Assembly (NCBI RefSeq): GCF_009914755.1 | Contig: NC_060931.1 | Direction: 5' to 3' (one strand) | DNA length: 64,000 nt | Source of the DNA: the human T2T-CHM13v2.0 reference genome, Homo sapiens | In this document: piece by piece, positions 1 to 14,340 of the stretch | How the letters are laid out: every line of letters starts with the position of its first letter | Numbering within the stretch: the stretch's first letter is position 1 | The notes under the pieces: model-generated | Databases searched by the model: none | What the model was told of the DNA's origin: nothing | Seen by the model: only the letters and a program-made list of their open reading frames with translations | Made by a program: the position numbers and the translations under genes

Positions 1-130
1 AATTGCTTGAACCTGGGAGGTGGAGGTTGCAGTGAGCCCAGATCACACCACTGCAGTCCAGCCTGTGAGACGCCATCTCAGAACAACAACAACAACAAAA
101 AACCAAAACAAACAAACAAAAAACCACAAA
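1..130 (+). mobile_element. Alu 3' portion (cut by window edge)
   Basis: GCTTGAACCTGGGAGGTGGAGGTTGCAGTGAGC followed by an A-rich tail. Confidence 0.93.
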
Positions 131-499
131 GAATTAAAATACTTCCATACTAAGGCATCACATTTTGGCCATCCAGGAACACTGTTGCCTACAGTAAGAT
201 TATGAGCTCTCCTAGAGGTATGATTCTAAAGCAAGATTAATGCATTTGATTATTTCTGGATACAGGGATGGGAAGAGAAGTGGTCTAATTATTCATTTAA
301 AATATACCAATTCCAAAAATTAATTTGTTCTTTCTTGTTTAATTATATGATTTTCTTAGAACATCATAAACTTCTTGTTTATGCCTCTTCTCTCTACTCT
401 GAATATTGACTATCGTGAGAGCTGTTCAGGCATTAAACACCGATTTGAATTTTGGGTTCTCTATGAGTGAACAAGTAAAATTATCAAAACGTTATATAT

Positions 500-1990
500 T
501 GATCCTATACCGTTTTTGTTTTAAATCAAAGTAAGTCATGCATTTAGTTTAAAAAGGAAAAGGTCTTTTAATGAAAATAGCAGTTCTCTACTCTGCCTCT
601 CCCCAATCCTCCTTTTCACTCCACAGCAGCAACTACCTTCAACAGTTCTGGCTTTCTTCTGTTTTTTTTTTTAACTTTAATATTTCTAAATAACATATCC
701 GTTTAGAAAATTATTTGTTTATGCATTTTAAGCACTATGCATTGTTTTCTCAGCCTGTGAGATGAGGAGGTTCCCCTGTACCCATATGTGTTCACCCACA
801 GGAGTGTGCTTGTGTGTGTGCACACACACAAATATGTACACTTTTCTTCTCTACTCTTCCCAGTAGTTGAATCAAATCAATAGTATTTATATGACTAGTC
901 AAATGTTTACTGCTGAACCAAGTCATGTATTATAACCATGTCAATTTTCAAGTTCAACTTAGGCTTTTTTCTGAAGTTCATTGCAAAATCGTACCCTCTA
1001 TTTATCTGGTTTTGTATACTTGCATGTTTCTACCATGTGCTTAAAAATAAATATTTTCCACACCTGCAGCACTTCAACTCTATTTTCTCCGGGAGTTTCC
1101 AGCCTTCTTTCTCTATTGGGAACTAATTGCTTTAGGCTCCCCACTCATCCTTGGTCTGTTCCTTTGCTGTTCTTTTGCGTAATCCTCTCTTTCTTGGATT
1201 CTTGTAGCTTCTTTGTCGGTTTTATTTTTGTTTTAATTTTCAGAAGAATATTTTACAATAGCTTATATTTGTTGAATTTTTACATACCTGAAAATGTCAT
1301 TTTTCTATCTTTTTCAATGATAGATTTGTATGACTGGGCATAGAACCCTTGTGGAAAATTATTGTGAGTTCTAGTCCCAATTTGACTCTCTTTCCTTTGC
1401 ATTTGGCTTCCCCAACACATTTGGAAGCTTTTTAGAATCTTCTCTTTATCTCTGTGGTTCTAAAATTGTATAACAGTGTATCTTACCTTATTCATTTTCT
1501 CGGTTATTCTATGGCCTCTTTCACCTTGGAGGCTTATGTTTTCAGTATTTAGATACTCACTCGAATTATTTTCCTTTCTTTAATATAACTTCTTCTCCTT
1601 TGTGTTCTCTACTCTTATTTTTCTGCAGTTCTTACTAGTTCAGTGTTAGACCTTCTGATTAGAGTCTAATTGTATTTTCTTTCAGGTAGATTTAGTTCAC
1701 TTTGTCTTCAAGAACATTTAGTGACATTTTAATTTAAGTTACTGAGTTTTTAATTTCAAAGAGTTTAAAATTTTTTTTTAAGTTTTTCATCAAAGTGCAC
1801 CGTTCTTTATTTTAATGTAGTAGGTAACTTCCTCTATTCGATAGAGGCTATTAATTATAGTTAACCACATTTTAATTTTTCTGCGTGCACTTTATACTTT
1901 TTCTCTGCTCTCCTCCTTTCATGTTTGTTTTGATCTCTCCTGCGTGTTGGGAGCCTTCATATTTAAAATGAGCATTTGATCTTTGGAAGC
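500..1990 (-). mobile_element. Ancient L1 (L1M-type) fragments
   Basis: Long T-rich degenerate sequence typical of antisense old L1; boundaries approximate. Confidence 0.45.
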
Positions 1991-2113
1991 TCATCATTTG
2001 TGTGGCAATTGTAGCATAGAGGGGTTCTGGTATAGACGGCATGGACATTTAGCAGCCCTTTCAGTGGGTACATGTGTGTTTGTGTGTATGTGGTTAGAAA
2101 GAATCCTTGCATG

Positions 2114-2417
2114 TGCAGGCGTGATGGCTCACAGCTGTAATGCTAGCACTTTGGGAGGCTGAGGCAGGAGGGCTGTTTGAGACCAGCCTGGACAACACGG
2201 TGTGACCCTGTTTCTACAAAACAACAACAACAACAAATTAGCCAGGCATGGCAGTGCATGCCTGTAGTTCCTGCTACTTTGGAGGCTGAGGCAGGAGGAT
2301 TACTTGAGCCTTAGAGGTCAAGGCTGAAGTGAGCTATGATTGTGCCACTGCACTTCAGCTTGGGTAACAGAATAAGACCTTGTCTAAAAAAAAATTTAGA
2401 GAGAGAGAGAAAAAGAG
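2114..2417 (+). mobile_element. AluJ-like element with (GA)n tail
   Basis: Two Alu arms, small left-arm deletion, flanking duplication AGAATCCTTGC. Confidence 0.92.
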
Positions 2418-3559
2418 AGAATCCTTGCGTACTAGTGTCTGCATTTCTCACCTTATGAGTCGTTAGGTGTCTCAAGGAAAGAATTTTCCCAGCTTCTACT
2501 TGAAGGCAACGTGCTTGTTTGCCAGAGCTGGGGAAGTAGATGGGTGAGTGTGCTTTGTGGAACTGCACTCGATCCACCACTGTGCAGCTCTTGTGTCCCA
2601 CGTTTCTGCTAGAGCTGTGGCCTCACCTCAGTTTTGTTTGTCCAGGGAATAACTCTTTATTCTTCTAGTGAAAAGAAGGGTAGTAAATACAGAGAGTGGC
2701 AGGGACTTAGAGAGGAGGAGAAATGTCTTGGCTGTGAGGGTATGGGCATGGTGATTTAAGGATGCTACAATCAGACCTTAAACCAGTCCCTGCGCTTTTG
2801 ACCTTGCGCTTGACCACTCGTCTTCCTCTGTGCCTTTCTGCAAGTTCTGAACCTCTTAGGGATTCTCTGGCATGAGGCTGCTTGTTGCTCACTCACTGCA
2901 GTTACTTCGGGTTGTGCTTTCTCCTTTCAGTGGGGCTGTTAATCACTATCCAACTCACTTTCCATCTTCAGCAATTCACTGAACTCTCCTGCTCATTCTT
3001 GTCATCTCTTCCCTCTTCTTTTTTTGCTGTAGGTTTATAGCATTTTAATTCTTTTACTGTCATTTTATGGCATTTCTGAAGGGAGTAGAAATAAATGCAT
3101 TTGGTCAATCCATCATTTTTATTCAGAAGTCATACAATTTTTAAATCACCCCCAAATTGATATAATAAATATTATTGTTGATGTTCTTATTATTATTTAT
3201 AATATGAAATATTTTAAGTTCATAATACTGGAGCCATTCTGAGAAAGTTCCTAAAATAGACTACTGCGGAAGCCCATTATTGCCATGGACCTGATATATT
3301 TACATCTATAATTTTAATGAGGATGTCATAAGATTAAAATTTGTGATGGACATTTGTGATCTCTCTCAATGATGATCTCTATTATATCTACATACATTCA
3401 TTTCTTTATTAATAGCTCATCCATGCAGAACTCAATTATCCAACAATCTCATTTTATTGATAACAAATGCTAGAAAAAGAAAGTATCAGAAATGGCTTTG
3501 AAACAACGTTTGCATTGAATCTACAAACATTTTTCTGGGGATAGCCCATAAAGGCATTA

Positions 3560-3593
<34 letters not shown>

Positions 3594-3799
3594 ACTTCTA
3601 TTTCATAACCAAGTACAACAGCTTTTGAAATTTACATTTCAAATACACAGAACTTAGCAAACAAAACAGAAGAAAATAAGAGGGAGCCTGTGAACAGACA
3701 AGGAATGATCAATGAAACTCTACAATAAAGAGGAAGAGAGGGGAACCAGATGGTAGCCAAAGCAACTCACATTCCTATTAGGAGCTTGTAGGAGAAGCT

Positions 3800-4257
3800 G
3801 TAGATGCCCCACTCAAACCTCCCAGGGCTCTGTCATTTTTATGTTCCCCGGCCTGGCTCTTGTCTGCATAAACCTCTCTTTGCCTCAGAGCTTTCTTTTG
3901 TAGTTCAAGCCTACACTGCAACCCAGGTGCATGACAGGTTAAAAGTGCCAGAGAATTAATGCCACCAGGAAGCAGCCTGCAATGAATGACTGGCAGAATT
4001 GATGTGTAAATATCCCAGCTTCCTTGCCCCTTGGTTAAGTCTAAAGTATGTGTTGTGCACTGGTGACCAGAGGTCCCTGGAAGGATGAAGCTCCAGTTGT
4101 CACTGTGGTAATCTGCCTGCTTTCTTGGCTGCCTTCCTTTACTGTCTCATTTCTCTACTCTACTATAAGCATGATGTTTTCCCGAATCAGCTCCCACCTA
4201 AACCACAAATTTGAACTAAAATTTGTAACTTAATTTGGAAGAGCCCAAAATAAGAAA
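3800..4257 (+). mobile_element. ERVL solo LTR, LTR16-like
   Basis: Motifs CAATGAATGACTGGCAG, CCCAGCTTCCTTGCCCCTTGG and GGATGAAGCTCCAGTTG resemble recalled LTR16 consensus. Confidence 0.65.
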
Positions 4258-6539
4258 GAACTATTTAGATTTGGAGAACAATTACGTATTCCTCAACAGG
4301 ACATTATTATATGTACAAAAAGTGAAATATTTAATTTTCAGGATGACCCACATTCAGTGAGGAAACATTCAGTTACATTCAATATATTCTATTTAAGAAC
4401 ATAAGGATCATGTATATGTTTAAGAAGACTTCTACTTAATCTAGCTAATACATTATGGTTCCAGTGTTTGACCTTTACTTATATGGAAATTTAAACCACC
4501 CTGAATGATTCATCTGATTAAAATTCTGGATATATAAGAGCTCTTGGGTTAAGGAAAACACGTGTGAATGTTAAGGTACTTTAAGGAAATAGGAGATTAT
4601 TAACTAAATTGTATACAACAAAAATCCTCCATAAGCCTCTGTAAATTCAAGAGAATATACTAGGGAGGGTATTAAATAAGTTAGTTATAGTTACTACTCT
4701 TTTGGAAGATAGAATATTCTAAAATATTTAAAAAGTTAACACATTTATGAAATAAATGCTTGCATAAAATACTATGTGTATATCTGTGTGTGCTTTCTCC
4801 CAGCTTCCCCTGGAAATTAGTTTACTAGAATATCCTTATTGCTAACACATTTCCACGTTCTCCTGACTCTCTTGGGATCATCTGAACTATGGGGCTAACT
4901 TACTCTCACTCTACTACAAAAATTTAACTAACAGGAATAATCGTAAAGCAAACATTTTAAGTGTATCCTGAATAAAAAATTGTCTCCATGCTTCTCCATT
5001 CTGCTTTCTCATCTTCTAACAAAAACTACCAGAAGAGACTAAGGACTAAATTTTGGGACAGGTGAAGGAGAGAGTTGAATCTCTCTGCCAGGAGAATGGA
5101 AGAAACATATCTGTTATCGTTGTTGTTTCTAGAGGAATGGAACCAAACTAAGGGGTTTGGGATAGAGGAGAAAAGGTTTGGAAAAGGAATAAGAGAGAGG
5201 AGCCAATAGACTTGAAAAATAGCTTGTATCGAATTGCATTTTACAGTGATTGTGCTGCACTCATCTCCAATGCTACAATAAAATCAAATGCCCACAAAAA
5301 GACCACAAATTAATGAGTGATTTATTTTTAAATAAATAAAATAAATAGGGATCAAAAGCAGAAACTTTTTTTTTTTTCTAATTTCTGTCAACAACAGAAT
5401 CAATGCCAGGACAGGGATAAAGGTGGAAAATGCAAAGCCAAAAACAATAATTTAGTGGAAACAGGAAGTTAAAGCCAGAAGTAACCTTAAGGTTCTAAGT
5501 CCTTGGAAATTCCCTTACATACAGAGAAAGCCATTGGATTTTTGTATATGGAGGGAATACTGGTTCATCCCAGTCTGACCCAAAAGTTATGCGGGAGAAT
5601 AGTTAAGTTCCAGAGAGATGTAGCTAATGTCTGAGTATCTACTTAGTGGCCACAGACATTGAAAATCTTGAAAATGCCCAAATCTTGAACTTGAGCACTT
5701 CAGTTTTAGCCACAAGAGTGAAGAGGTAGACCAGCAGCTTTCCTAAGGCCTCAGTTGATGGGCCTTGCCTTCAGTCCTTCATAACCTCAGGCAGCATCAT
5801 CCTCTGTGCCCAACGTGACCTCTGCTCTATTCTGTGCTTCACAAGCTTAATGGACTTACTTTGTAGTAGACCACTCATTCTTCTACAGTCTTGATTGTAT
5901 GGAAAGAGGGAAACTACAGTAGTTTTTTTCTGTAACAATTGTCTGCTGTTATTTTCTGTACATTTCTCTGGCATTCACCCTGAATTCATTTTCTGGTCAT
6001 GCATTAACTTACATTCTCCCGTGGGGTCTCACTTTCCATTTAGTCCTCCTGTTCCTAGACTTGATGATGTTTATCTGTGTTGTCTGGTATCCTACTAGTG
6101 ACAGGTCCTGTTTATCAGTTTGCTAATTATCACACAGCTCAGCCACAGCCTTGTGAAATAAACATACTAGTTAAGTATGGTGGTATGTTAAGGAGTAAAA
6201 GTAAAGTCTGTGAGTTGCATACTTAGAAACCGTGACAGGAATTTATCGCTTCATTCTCATTGACATTTATGTTGTGGTAGATGAAAGGACAGTCTGACAA
6301 GAAGAGAGCACGTGTTTGGGAATCAGATATTCATACACTTGAATTTTATTTTTACCCCTTACTAACTAATAGCTATTTAACGGCCATGAGCCTTAATTCC
6401 CTTGTGAAGTCAGGATGGTAATACTTGACTCATGTGTGCAGTTATAAGTAAAAGGAAAGCACCCTCTACATGATAACTTTCACATGATAGGGGTATGGAT
6501 AAATTATGCTTGCAATAGCATAGTCATAATAATACTTTT

Positions 6540-7505
6540 AAATTAGTGACTCACTTCCAAGAATGGAGTATAGGAAAGTGAAAATTGTAAAATTATAATG
6601 AAGAAACCTGGCAGAAACCTCTTTAACCAAGTTTCATTCTGTTTTCTACTTCTGTGTTAGAATGCTGGAGACTGTGTAATTTATAGAAAAAAAGAAATAT
6701 ATTTCTTACAGTTCAGGAGGATAGGGAGTTCAAGGTGGAGGGGCTGCCTCTAGGGAGGGCTTTTTACTGTGTGATGCAGAGGCTATCACATGATGAGAGG
6801 GCAAGAGCATGCCAGCTCAGGTCTCTCTTTATCTTCTTGTAAAGCCACAAGTTCCACCATGGGGCCTCTACCCTGATGACCTTATCTCATCTTAATTACC
6901 TCCCAAAAGCCCCACCTCCAAATGCTATCAACATATGAATTTGGAGATTAAATTTCAAACAAATGAAATTTAGGGAACACAGAAACACATTCACACAATG
7001 GCACCAAGTTATCAAGGTGAACATCACCAGTGATAAGTCATGTGGCTCTACTCTACTTATGTGGGTGTGATAGGAAGGGCACTTCACCTCGTTGTTTTTC
7101 CCCCAAATTTATATCCTCAGTCCAATCACAAAAAAACACCAGACAAATTCAAATTCAGGAATATTCTATAAAATACTTGATCAGGAATCTTCAAAAAGCA
7201 TGTAGGTCATGAAAAACAAGGAAAGATGGGAAACTGTCACAGATCAGAGGAGACAGCAAGTAAATGCAACCTGGGACCCTGGATTAGATCTTAGAACAGC
7301 AAAAAGGATACTAGTAAAAACTGATGAAATTCAAATAAAATCTGTAGTTTAGTAAACGGTATTGTACTCACGTTAATTTCTTTGTTTTAACAAATGTCTT
7401 ATGGTTATCTAAGATGGTAACATGGAAAACTGGGTGAAAGGTATATGGGAACTTATACTATCTTGAAAACTTTTCTGAAAATCTGAAATTATTCCAAACA
7501 AAAAG
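6540..7505 (+). mobile_element. Old L1 3' fragment (L1MC/MD-like) interrupted by a MaLR LTR
   Basis: Typical old-L1 3'UTR ending GGAACTTATACTATCTTGAAAACTTTTCTGAAAATCTGAAATTATTCC. Confidence 0.65.
6632..7003 (-). mobile_element. MaLR solo LTR (MST/MLT1A-like)
   Basis: MaLR motifs (TTCTTACAGTTC, TAATTACCTCCCAAAAGCCCCACCTC); 5-bp target duplication CCAAG at 6627-31 and 7004-08. Confidence 0.82.
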
Positions 7506-7506
7506 T

Positions 7507-7507
<1 letters not shown>

Positions 7508-7534
<27 letters not shown>
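7508..7534. repeat. (GTT)n microsatellite
   Basis: Direct reading. Confidence 0.9.
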
Positions 7535-7537
<3 letters not shown>

Positions 7538-7762
7538 AACTGAAAAGGAAAAACATTTGGTAGGTAACAGATCAGTGGTTGCCAGGGGTTAGGGTACGGG
7601 GAGCATAAGGGAGATTTTAGGGGTGATGAGGCTCTTCTACATCTTGCTTGTGATTATAGTTATTTGAATCTATAAATGTGTTAAAATGAGGACACCAAAA
7701 ATGTCAATTTTACCATATGCCAATTTGTTTAAAATAAAACAAAATAAAAGAAACAAATGTCA

Positions 7763-8148
<386 letters not shown>

Positions 8149-8669
8149 TTATAGACAGTGTAAAATTGCTGCCTTCTTTCTTACATATAACACTGTCATC
8201 ATCAAATTGAAGAAACCTTATTAAATATATTTATTCTTTCCTTTAACAAATATTCATTGAATCCTAATGGTGTGTCAAGTACTGTGCTAAGCCTTGCCAG
8301 TAGACAAGAACTTGATGTGTTCTAGATGTTAAAAGAAGCCCTTATTCCAAGATAGGCCAGCATATACTATTAAAAAGTTATTGCATGAAGTCAGGGTGTA
8401 GACATATCGGGGGTTAAACAGACATGAAATATTTACATGATATTTCAAGATAATGTTGGTACTCTATTAAACAAAATGAATTATGATGACATAAGTTAAG
8501 AGGAGACTTAAGACAGCCTTGGATGTATAAAGAATTTTTGTGAAGGAGGTACAGAGAACTTGCAGAGTTTTCTTGTCTGTAATGTAAGACTATTATATTT
8601 AGAAAAGGAACATTGAAATTTAAACAATGTAATGTTTTTAGTTCAAAAGTATATTAAAATACCCAACAC

Positions 8670-8900
8670 TAATGAGCATTTAGCATAAGTAAAACACTAT
8701 TGTAAGGACTTTACATATGTTAACCTACATGATTCTCGTAAGAATTTTAGAAGATAGATACTATTATTTCCCCTGTTTTATAGATAAAGAAACTGACACC
8801 AAGCATGTAATGTGCCTAAGATCATACAGCCAGTAAGTAAGAAAGCCAGAATTTGAGTCCAGGTATTTGACTCCAAAGCACACACTCCACCATACTAAAT
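8670..8900 (-). mobile_element. MIR
   Basis: Core CCTGTTTTATAGATAAAGAAACTGA ... CCTAAGATCATACAGCCAGTAAG. Confidence 0.7.
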
Positions 8901-9784
8901 ACATGGCATCTATAGTGATGGTTATTTAACTTTCCCAGCTGGAAATAGCATTAAGTGTTTCAAATATCCAAGGAACCGTGTTTTTTTTTTTTTTTTTTTT
9001 TTTTTTTCTGATTGAAAATACAACTGGTTATAACATTTGTTTTTTTCTGGAAGCAGATAGCCTTTGCCATGCCTTCCAGTTGGCACCTTGCCCCTTGCTA
9101 ATATGCATGGATGGGTGCCTTTTGCTTTGCAGCCTGCCAGTAGAACGTGACCTTGGCAGCCCGGTGTGCCAGCCAAGATTCCAGAAGAGCGAAAGTAGCT
9201 CTTAACTTCTTGAAGAAACTCTTTGAATCACCAACTATGCCTTGCCATATCTGTCCACATGGTACTAGTCCTTTCACAAGGGGCTCCCAAGCTAATGACT
9301 CTAATTGGGGCTCAACTGTCTCTCTAATACATTCTTTCCTTAATTTTATGTTTTTCTCTGGTTGGAATTTCCTAATGTCTAAAATATTCCATTCTGTGTT
9401 ACTCAGCAACGATCTTATTTGCTTGCAAGCATTGTGGTGACAAACATAATAATTAATTATGTGGAATTTTGTTTAGAAATATTTTTGTTGGAACAGAAAC
9501 AGGAATTCTATATCTGTACAGTGACTGAAATACAAGGGCCCTCTCTAAATGAATTATGTGTTTAAATGTTCAGATTTTATAGTCTATTTAATCCTGTAAA
9601 TCTTAATAATAAATTTGATGGCAAGCAGACTGTGAGTGGAATTTTAGATAACAACATATGTTCATAGTGATTCATGAAAATGTAATCCTTTATGGTAAAT
9701 CTGTATTATTTATACCAAATCTTTCTCTCTGGCCTAGACCGCTTTTTTAAATTCCAGACTTCCTACAGATATATCCATTTAGAT

Positions 9785-10004
9785 CAGGGTTTTTGAGATT
9801 TGATGCTGTTAACATTTTGGACTGGCCAGTTCTTTGTTGTGGGGTGCCATCCTTCCCATTGCAGGATGTTTAGCAGCGTCTCTGGCCTCTACGCCCTAGA
9901 TGCCAGTAGCACAACACTCCACTCTGTGGTGACAATCAAAAATGTCTTCAGAAGTTGCCATAAGACCCCGGGGCAATAAAATCATCTCTATTCACGAACC
10001 ACTG
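9785..10004 (+). mobile_element. MER20 (hAT DNA transposon)
   Basis: CAGG...CACTG ends; TGCAGGATGTTTAGCAGCGTCTCTGGCCTCTAC core. Confidence 0.88.
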
Positions 10005-10084
10005 ATCTCGATGTTCTATAGGCTTATGAAAAATGACATATACAAAATTAAACTCATTTTCCCCTTAGAGCTTCTCCTACAGAG

Positions 10085-10310
10085 GGGTTAGGAGCATATC
10101 TGAAGCAAACTCTGCCTCCCTGCTTTGATAGCTGTGGAACTTGATCAAATTACCAACTTCTCTATACCTCAATTTCCTCATCTCTAATATAAATACCTTA
10201 ATAAAACCTCCTTCATATGACTGTTAGGAGGATTGAATGAACTAATATGTATAAAACATTTAAAGCAGTTCCTGGCACATAGGATGCCTAAGTTAATATT
10301 TGAATAATCA
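10085..10310 (+). mobile_element. MIR
   Basis: CCTCAATTTCCTCATCT core and GTTCCTGGCACATAG end. Confidence 0.65.
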
Positions 10311-11429
10311 ATTAATACTATTAAATGTTAGCAATAGTCCTACAGTACAGGAAAATTCTAAGATTTTTCTTTGTATAGAATATGTGCAGATACTTTTTTA
10401 AAAAGATTAATAAGTGACAGTAAATACATGCAACAAAGCTCAACATCATTAATAATCAAGAAAACACAAAATAACATCATGATATATAAATCTATTAAAT
10501 TTGGAAATATTTTTAAAAATACTTCATATTAATAAGATTGTGGCAAAAGGCCCTGTACTGTACTGATGGGAGAATATGTGTCTGTTTTCTTTCTGGAGGA
10601 TCAGTTACCACTATGTATCAGAGCATTAAAATATTTATAGTCTTTCACAGAGTTAATCTAGCTCTAGAAATTTATCCTAAGTGTGTAATATGTTAAAAAT
10701 TAATGAAGTATATTAATTACTGTTATTTATAATGGCAAAATTAGAAGCTACCTAAAATCTCAATAACGGGAATGAAGAAATAGCTCATGGTATATTTATG
10801 TCATGCAATATGTAGATATCACATTTTACAAATAATAAATTAGGAGAATGCTCCGACTATGGTAATTCTTAGTTCAAAATGCCTCCATCACTTTCAAGAT
10901 AATAATAGAAATATTTAAGTGTGCATTATCATGCACACATAAACATACACCTTTTAAAGTTATTTTTTGACAGACCCTGTGTATTTATCGAGTCATTTTT
11001 TCTCTCTAGGTTTCCTTCCAAATTCTCTACCCACACACCTTAAGAGATTCTGATACATCATAAATAGAGGGACATACATCTTTACATGAAAACGACATGG
11101 AAGATTTTCTGAGGGACATGTGAATGGTGAATTTGCATGATGTGGAGACCCAAAATGGCTGAGGACTGCTGCTCAGTGCCCCAGCTCTGTTCACTCGCCT
11201 AGAGTTTCCTCAACAAGCCCTGCTGCTTCTGTCTTCTGAGCTCTGACCCACCAAGCCATTTCCTCTACTTGGAGTGCTTTCCTTCCCTTTCTGCTTTTCC
11301 CTTCTCAAAACCAAGCTAAAACATTGCCTGCTCTATGAAACTTATCCTATCACCCTGTTCAGATGCACATGCCTTTCTTCTCTACTTTTGTGACACCACA
11401 TGCAGATCTGTTCATCATATTTTCTGGTA

Positions 11430-12660
11430 TTCATTTGTTTAAAAATATGAATTGAGATACCACTAAATGCCAGATGCTATATTAAGTGCTAACTACAGTC
11501 TTGGTGAACAAAAAGGTAAAATTTTCCTGCTCTCGTGGGGCCTGCATTCTTATGGAGGAGATGGAATATATTTTTTAAAACATAAAATCTAAATTTATTT
11601 TGAGGTGATTTTGATCAGCACCTCAAAGAAGCAAGAGGGTGAACAGCAGTAATATCTGAGGGACAAGCATTCTAATTATAGGGAACAGCATATTTAAAAG
11701 TCCTGGACTCGTTCAGTGTATTTTAGGAAAAAAAAAAAAAAAAGAAAAGTGGCTTACAAGGTTGAGACTAGCAGAAGTGCAGCAAGAAATGTGACCAGGA
11801 AGACACCAAGATGCTGTATGATAAAGTCCTGAGGCCACTGTAAGATCTTTGGATTTTAATTTAAGTGTGTAGAATAACATGATCTTATTTACGTAGTAAA
11901 ATACTAAGAGGCAACCTTCTGGCTGCTCTGTAAGAAGGGATTGTAGGACCCAAAGTGAAAGCAGGATGGTCAGCTAGAGGCTGTCATGGTGATTTAGCTA
12001 ATTGATGTTGCTGGCTTGGATCTAGGTGACAACACTGGAGGTGGGGAGAAGTTATCAGATTTGAAGGATATTTTGAAGGTAGAGTTGATAAAGATCTCAT
12101 AGGTTTGGTATAGGTTAAAGAAAGCTAAGCCTCAAGGACAACTCTTTAAGTTTTGGGCTTCAATAATTGGATGGATTTTGGTGGCACTTTGGTGAATGCT
12201 GAGTGAAGGACATGTTTAAGAATGAAAACATGTTAATAGATTCTGGCTGTATTATTAGGTGTGAGATGCCAACCAGGCATCAATGTGGAGATGTTGAAGG
12301 GACAGTGTTTAGGAAAAGGGTCAGAACAGAGATATGTATTTGGGCATCATCCTCATATAGATAGTACTTAAAGTTATGATGCTGACATGCCTACCAGGGC
12401 TGTGAGCATAGTCTGTGAAGATACAAGTTCTGAGGTCTGAACTCTGGGACACTCCACCATTTAGGGAGCAGAAAGAGAGTCTAACAACAACAACAAAGAT
12501 GAGTATGAGTGGTTAATGAATTAAGAGAACAGGAGGATGTGGACTATTAGAAACTAAGGAAAGACAGTATTTCAGGAAGGGGGAGCTGATCATCTAGGTC
12601 AAATACATAAAGAATTTACCACTGGATTTGCATTGTGGAGGTCATTGCCAAATGGCTACC
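11430..12660 (-). mobile_element. L2 fragment
   Basis: Antisense L2 3' end and purine-rich L2 body motifs; boundaries approximate. Confidence 0.7.
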
Positions 12661-12719
12661 TTTGTCAGAGCCATGATGCTATTCCTTGGCAAATGTTGAC
12701 TTACTTATCTGTTTCTTCC

Positions 12720-12952
12720 AGGAAACCTGTGAACCTCACATAGGAGTGATTTTGCCCTCCAGGAAACCTTTGGCGATATCTGGAGACATTTTTGGTTGTC
12801 AAAACTGAGCGGTGGTGGAGTGATGCTACTGGCATCTAATGGATGGAGGCACAGGATGCTGCTGAACATCCTGCAATGCACAGAGCAGCTCCCCCACAAC
12901 AAAATAATGATCTGGCTCCAAACGTCAATGGTTCCAAAGTTGAGAAATCCTG
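12720..12952 (-). mobile_element. MER20 (hAT DNA transposon)
   Basis: Reverse complement of MER20 core: TGCTACTGGCATCTA...GGATGCTGCTGAACATCCTGCAATGCACAG...GTTGAGAAATCCTG. Confidence 0.88.
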
Positions 12953-12959
12953 CACTAAA

Positions 12960-13425
12960 CGTATGGTTCCCAAAGTGTGTGCTTAGACACCCCAGGGTGG
13001 ACATAGGAGTGCCGTAGGACATTTTAAAGTGTGAATGGAAACACAGTGGCATCTGTCAAGCACTAAATGAACTACTAACTCAAGATAGTTCACAGTTTCA
13101 ACATTAGCTTTCTTTTTTTTTTTTTAAATAATGTCTCTTTGTAAAACTTGGTTTTGGAAGTTGCTGTGATAAGAATCAAATACTTGGTGAATATCACTGT
13201 GGAATAAGAAGTGAGAATGGCAGTTTCCAATCTGACTTCAAGGTTTGTGAAGTTGGGTAGTGACCAGAAGTTGTTGAGTTTTTAGGACGTAAATAGTTAT
13301 TAAATTGTTTGGACTTGACAACTCAAGAAACTCAATTATTAGGTATATCTTTTGGCCTAGGGGGTGTAGTAAAAAATTATGGATATGCCACGGGCACCAT
13401 AAAGCAGAAGGCTTGAAACTGCTGG
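12960..13425 (+). mobile_element. hAT-Charlie non-autonomous element
   Basis: TGGTTCCCAAAGTGTG start, GAAACTGCTG end, decayed transposase-like C-terminal stretch around 13195-13255. Confidence 0.5.
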
Positions 13426-14109
13426 GCTTGACTTTAAGTTCCTTGGGAATAGGCATTGTGTATTAGTACTTTATATCTGCAGCACCCAAAACAGTGCCTG
13501 CTACAAGTGTGAGGTGCGAGAATGCCAAACAGATATCCATAAGGAGATTGAGGGAAATTTAATAAATTTAAGAAATAAAATGGCAGGTATGAAATGAATG
13601 AAAGGGCACATGTGCACTGTAGTGTCAAGAGAATTATATGTTAAGTGGCAAAATTCGACCTACTGGTTCACTATGCACTACAACATCCCTAAATACCTCC
13701 CTACTTATATAGGATAAAATAAGAGAGGGGAAAAGAATAAAGCTTGACTTTCTTATTCTTTGGCCTGTGAATCTCTAGACTAAAATTTCTTGAGTTTGGT
13801 GCAAGTTTACTTCCTCAGATTACATTATTTTTTCCCAATACAAATTTCTATTCTCACTTATATTATGCATATTGACAAAACTGTGATCTTATTCTGCAGG
13901 AATATGTGAACGGGAGTAATTTGAATATCTCCTAAATTTTTGGCTGCTTTTCTTCCTGCCCCTTTTGCCAAGCACTACATGCCCTAGCCTAATGATTGCA
14001 TAGATGTTGGAAAGAGATGTTCTTTTTAGAGTTAGTGATTCTATTTTGTTTTTGAAAAAAATCTTTTCAGTGTAAGAATATGATTTCAGAATATAAACTT
14101 GTGGAAATA

Positions 14110-14340
14110 TTCTTGGTATAGTGGCAAGAAGTCAGCTTTTAGAATGGGATATATAGTCCCATGCATCTCACTCTCACTGGGTCACATCTGGATCAAGGCA
14201 TAAGGTTTCTTTGACTCTTAGATTTGTCACCTGTAAACTCGGAATACGAACTCTCCAAGTTCTTATGAGGATTAGACTAGTTAGCTGATGACAAGTACCT
14301 ATCACAGTGCTTGACACAAGGAGATACTCAATAAATTATA
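14110..14340 (+). mobile_element. MIR
   Basis: Degenerate core TCACCTGTAAA, ending AGATACTCAATAAAT. Confidence 0.55.

Noticed and set aside
9785-12952. Two inverted MER20 copies as ends of a composite transposon
   Set aside because: They are mutually diverged, MER20 is abundant, and I saw no shared outer target duplication.
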